Position numbers and translations under genes: made by a program | DNA from: an uncultured Collinsella sp. | GTDB taxonomy: Bacteria; Actinomycetota; Coriobacteriia; Coriobacteriales; Coriobacteriaceae | Length of the DNA: 64,000 nt | NCBI GenBank assembly: GCA_900768265.1 | Contig: CAAGCF010000004.1 | Location: forward strand, 25,881-89,880 | Direction of reading: 5' to 3' | Shown: piece by piece, positions 62,576 to 64,000 of the stretch | Numbering within the stretch: the stretch's first letter is position 1 | Layout: every line of letters starts with the position of its first letter | Notes under the pieces: model-generated | What the model saw: only the letters and a program-made list of their open reading frames with translations | What the model was told of the DNA's origin: nothing | Databases searched by the model: none

Positions 62576-63520
62576 ATGCCCGCGCTCATTACGCATCATC
62601 TGTTTGGCGAGGAAAGCATCGACCGTCTTCCTCAGGGCGTTATTACGTCCGACGAGGAGCGCATCGCCTTTATCCTGGGAAACCAAGGTCCCGACCCGTT
62701 TTTCTTCCACATGCTCACGCCGCGCATTTCCGACTGTACGTCGCTTGCTCAGGTCATGCACCGCTCGCGCATGTCGCGCCAGTTCTCGTGCCTGCGCGAT
62801 GGCGTGTCGCACCTGCAGCCGCGCGATGCCAACCTGGGTCGCGCGTTTGCGCTGGGCCTGCTGTCGCACTATGTGCTCGACCGCAATGCCCATCCCTTTG
62901 TCTACGAGCAGCAGTTTGGCATTGTCGAGTCCGATCCCGGGCTCGAGGCTTCGGGCAGTCAAGTTCACGCTGTGCTCGAAAGCGACCTGGACGTGCTGAT
63001 GCTGCAGCTCAAGCGCGATGGGGCAACGGTCGAGGATTATCCGCCGGCGGGCGAGATCGTCACGACCGACCGCATCAATCGCGTTGCCGGTGTGCTGATG
63101 AGCTACGTCGCCGGACGCGTGTACGGTATCGACATCTCGGCGGGGGAGTACGCCGGCGCCGTAGCCGACATGCAGCTGCTCTACCGCACTATCGAGCCGG
63201 CCGGTTCGGCCAAGACGCGCGCGATTGCCCTGCTCGAGGGCTTGGTGCACGATTATTCGCTGCTCGACGGCCTTGCGCACCGTGTGACGACCGAGCTGCC
63301 CGAGCGTACCGGCAACCTGGGCCACTTGGCATGGAAGAACCCCTTTACTGACGAGGTCTCGAACGAGAGTTTCCCCGAGGTCTTTGACCGCGCGCTGGTC
63401 GATTACGAGTGCACGGTCGCCCGCTTTATCGAGACCGGCGATATGGAAGCCGTGACCAACCACGTCAATTACAGCGGTCGCGTGCTCGGCGCCGACGAAG
63501 AGTTCGACCGCGAGGAGTAG
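62576..63520 (+). CDS. Zinc-dependent phospholipase C-family protein
   Basis: N-terminal THH, LG.QGPD.FF, G.LSHY.LD..AHP.V, H...E..LD. Confidence 0.8.
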   Translation: MPALITHHLFGEESIDRLPQGVITSDEERIAFILGNQGPDPFFFHMLTPRISDCTSLAQVMHRSRMSRQFSCLRDGVSHLQPRDANLGRAFALGLLSHYVLDRNAHPFVYEQQFGIVESDPGLEASGSQVHAVLESDLDVLMLQLKRDGATVEDYPPAGEIVTTDRINRVAGVLMSYVAGRVYGIDISAGEYAGAVADMQLLYRTIEPAGSAKTRAIALLEGLVHDYSLLDGLAHRVTTELPERTGNLGHLAWKNPFTDEVSNESFPEVFDRALVDYECTVARFIETGDMEAVTNHVNYSGRVLGADEEFDREE

Positions 63521-63621
63521 GGCTCGTGCGTGCCCCTTTGCCGAATCCTTACCGGCGCCTCTGGACAATTGGGGTACGATGAACTAACTGCATATCGGGC
63601 GAATACGAAGGGGCCCTGTCC

Positions 63622-64000
63622 ATGAAATACACCAAGCTCGAGCGTAACTGGGTTATGTACGATGTGGGCAACTCGGCCCTCGTGCTGCTCAATACCTCGG
63701 TGGTGCCCATCTACTTTAACGCCATCAATACCGGTGCTTCCTCGGCAGACCTGGTGGTCGCTTGGGGTAACGCGCAGACGATTGCCTCGCTGGTCATTGC
63801 CATGCTCATGCCCATTCTGGGCGCGCTTGCCGATTACGCCGGCAACAAGATCAAGTTCTTCTTGGGCTTCTTCCTCACGGGCCTGGTTCTTTGCCTGGCG
63901 CAGGCTATCCCAATGTCCGCCATGGCATTTTTGACCGTGTACGTGCTGTGCACCATCGGCCTTAACTCTTCCATGACGTTCTACGACGCTATGCTGCCCG
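63622..64000 (+). CDS. MFS transporter, Atg22/UMF1-like (3' end outside window)
   Basis: MKYTKLERNWVMYDVGNS..P.LGALAD..G.K.KF..FYDAMLP read from sequence. Confidence 0.8.
   Translation, partial: MKYTKLERNWVMYDVGNSALVLLNTSVVPIYFNAINTGASSADLVVAWGNAQTIASLVIAMLMPILGALADYAGNKIKFFLGFFLTGLVLCLAQAIPMSAMAFLTVYVLCTIGLNSSMTFYDAMLP

Overview
GC-rich chromosomal window, most likely from a Coriobacteriia gut anaerobe such as Collinsella (inferred from gene content and order, not verified). Housekeeping content: nadA-nadB-nadC-niaR, ferredoxin, dnaK-grpE-dnaJ-hspR, an aconitase-family hydratase, clpB, a mannose-family PTS operon, tRNA-Arg(CCT), the actinobacterial FHA/PstP/RodA-PbpA/PknB cluster (RodA and PbpA fused, plus an extra polytopic kinase), dnaX-ybaB-recR and PFOR. 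Most interesting signals: (1) a split two-gene cucumopine-synthase/McbB (Pictet-Spenglerase-fold)-like pair divergent from an orphan carbamate kinase, near an APC permease-amidohydrolase-LytS/LytTR unit; (2) two orphan membrane-protein genes bracketed cassette-style by three 35-bp hairpin repeats; (3) a modular REP/REPIN-like repeat family with a shared GGGAC core and swappable stems and cargo; (4) tandem repeats after tRNA-Arg carrying sense and antisense tRNA fragments; (5) a TetR-linked large Fe-S flavoprotein with an orphan HypA; (6) a second Ser/Thr kinase-FHA module. No integrase, transposase, CRISPR array or rRNA was recognised. All family assignments come from reading motifs by eye; no searches were run.
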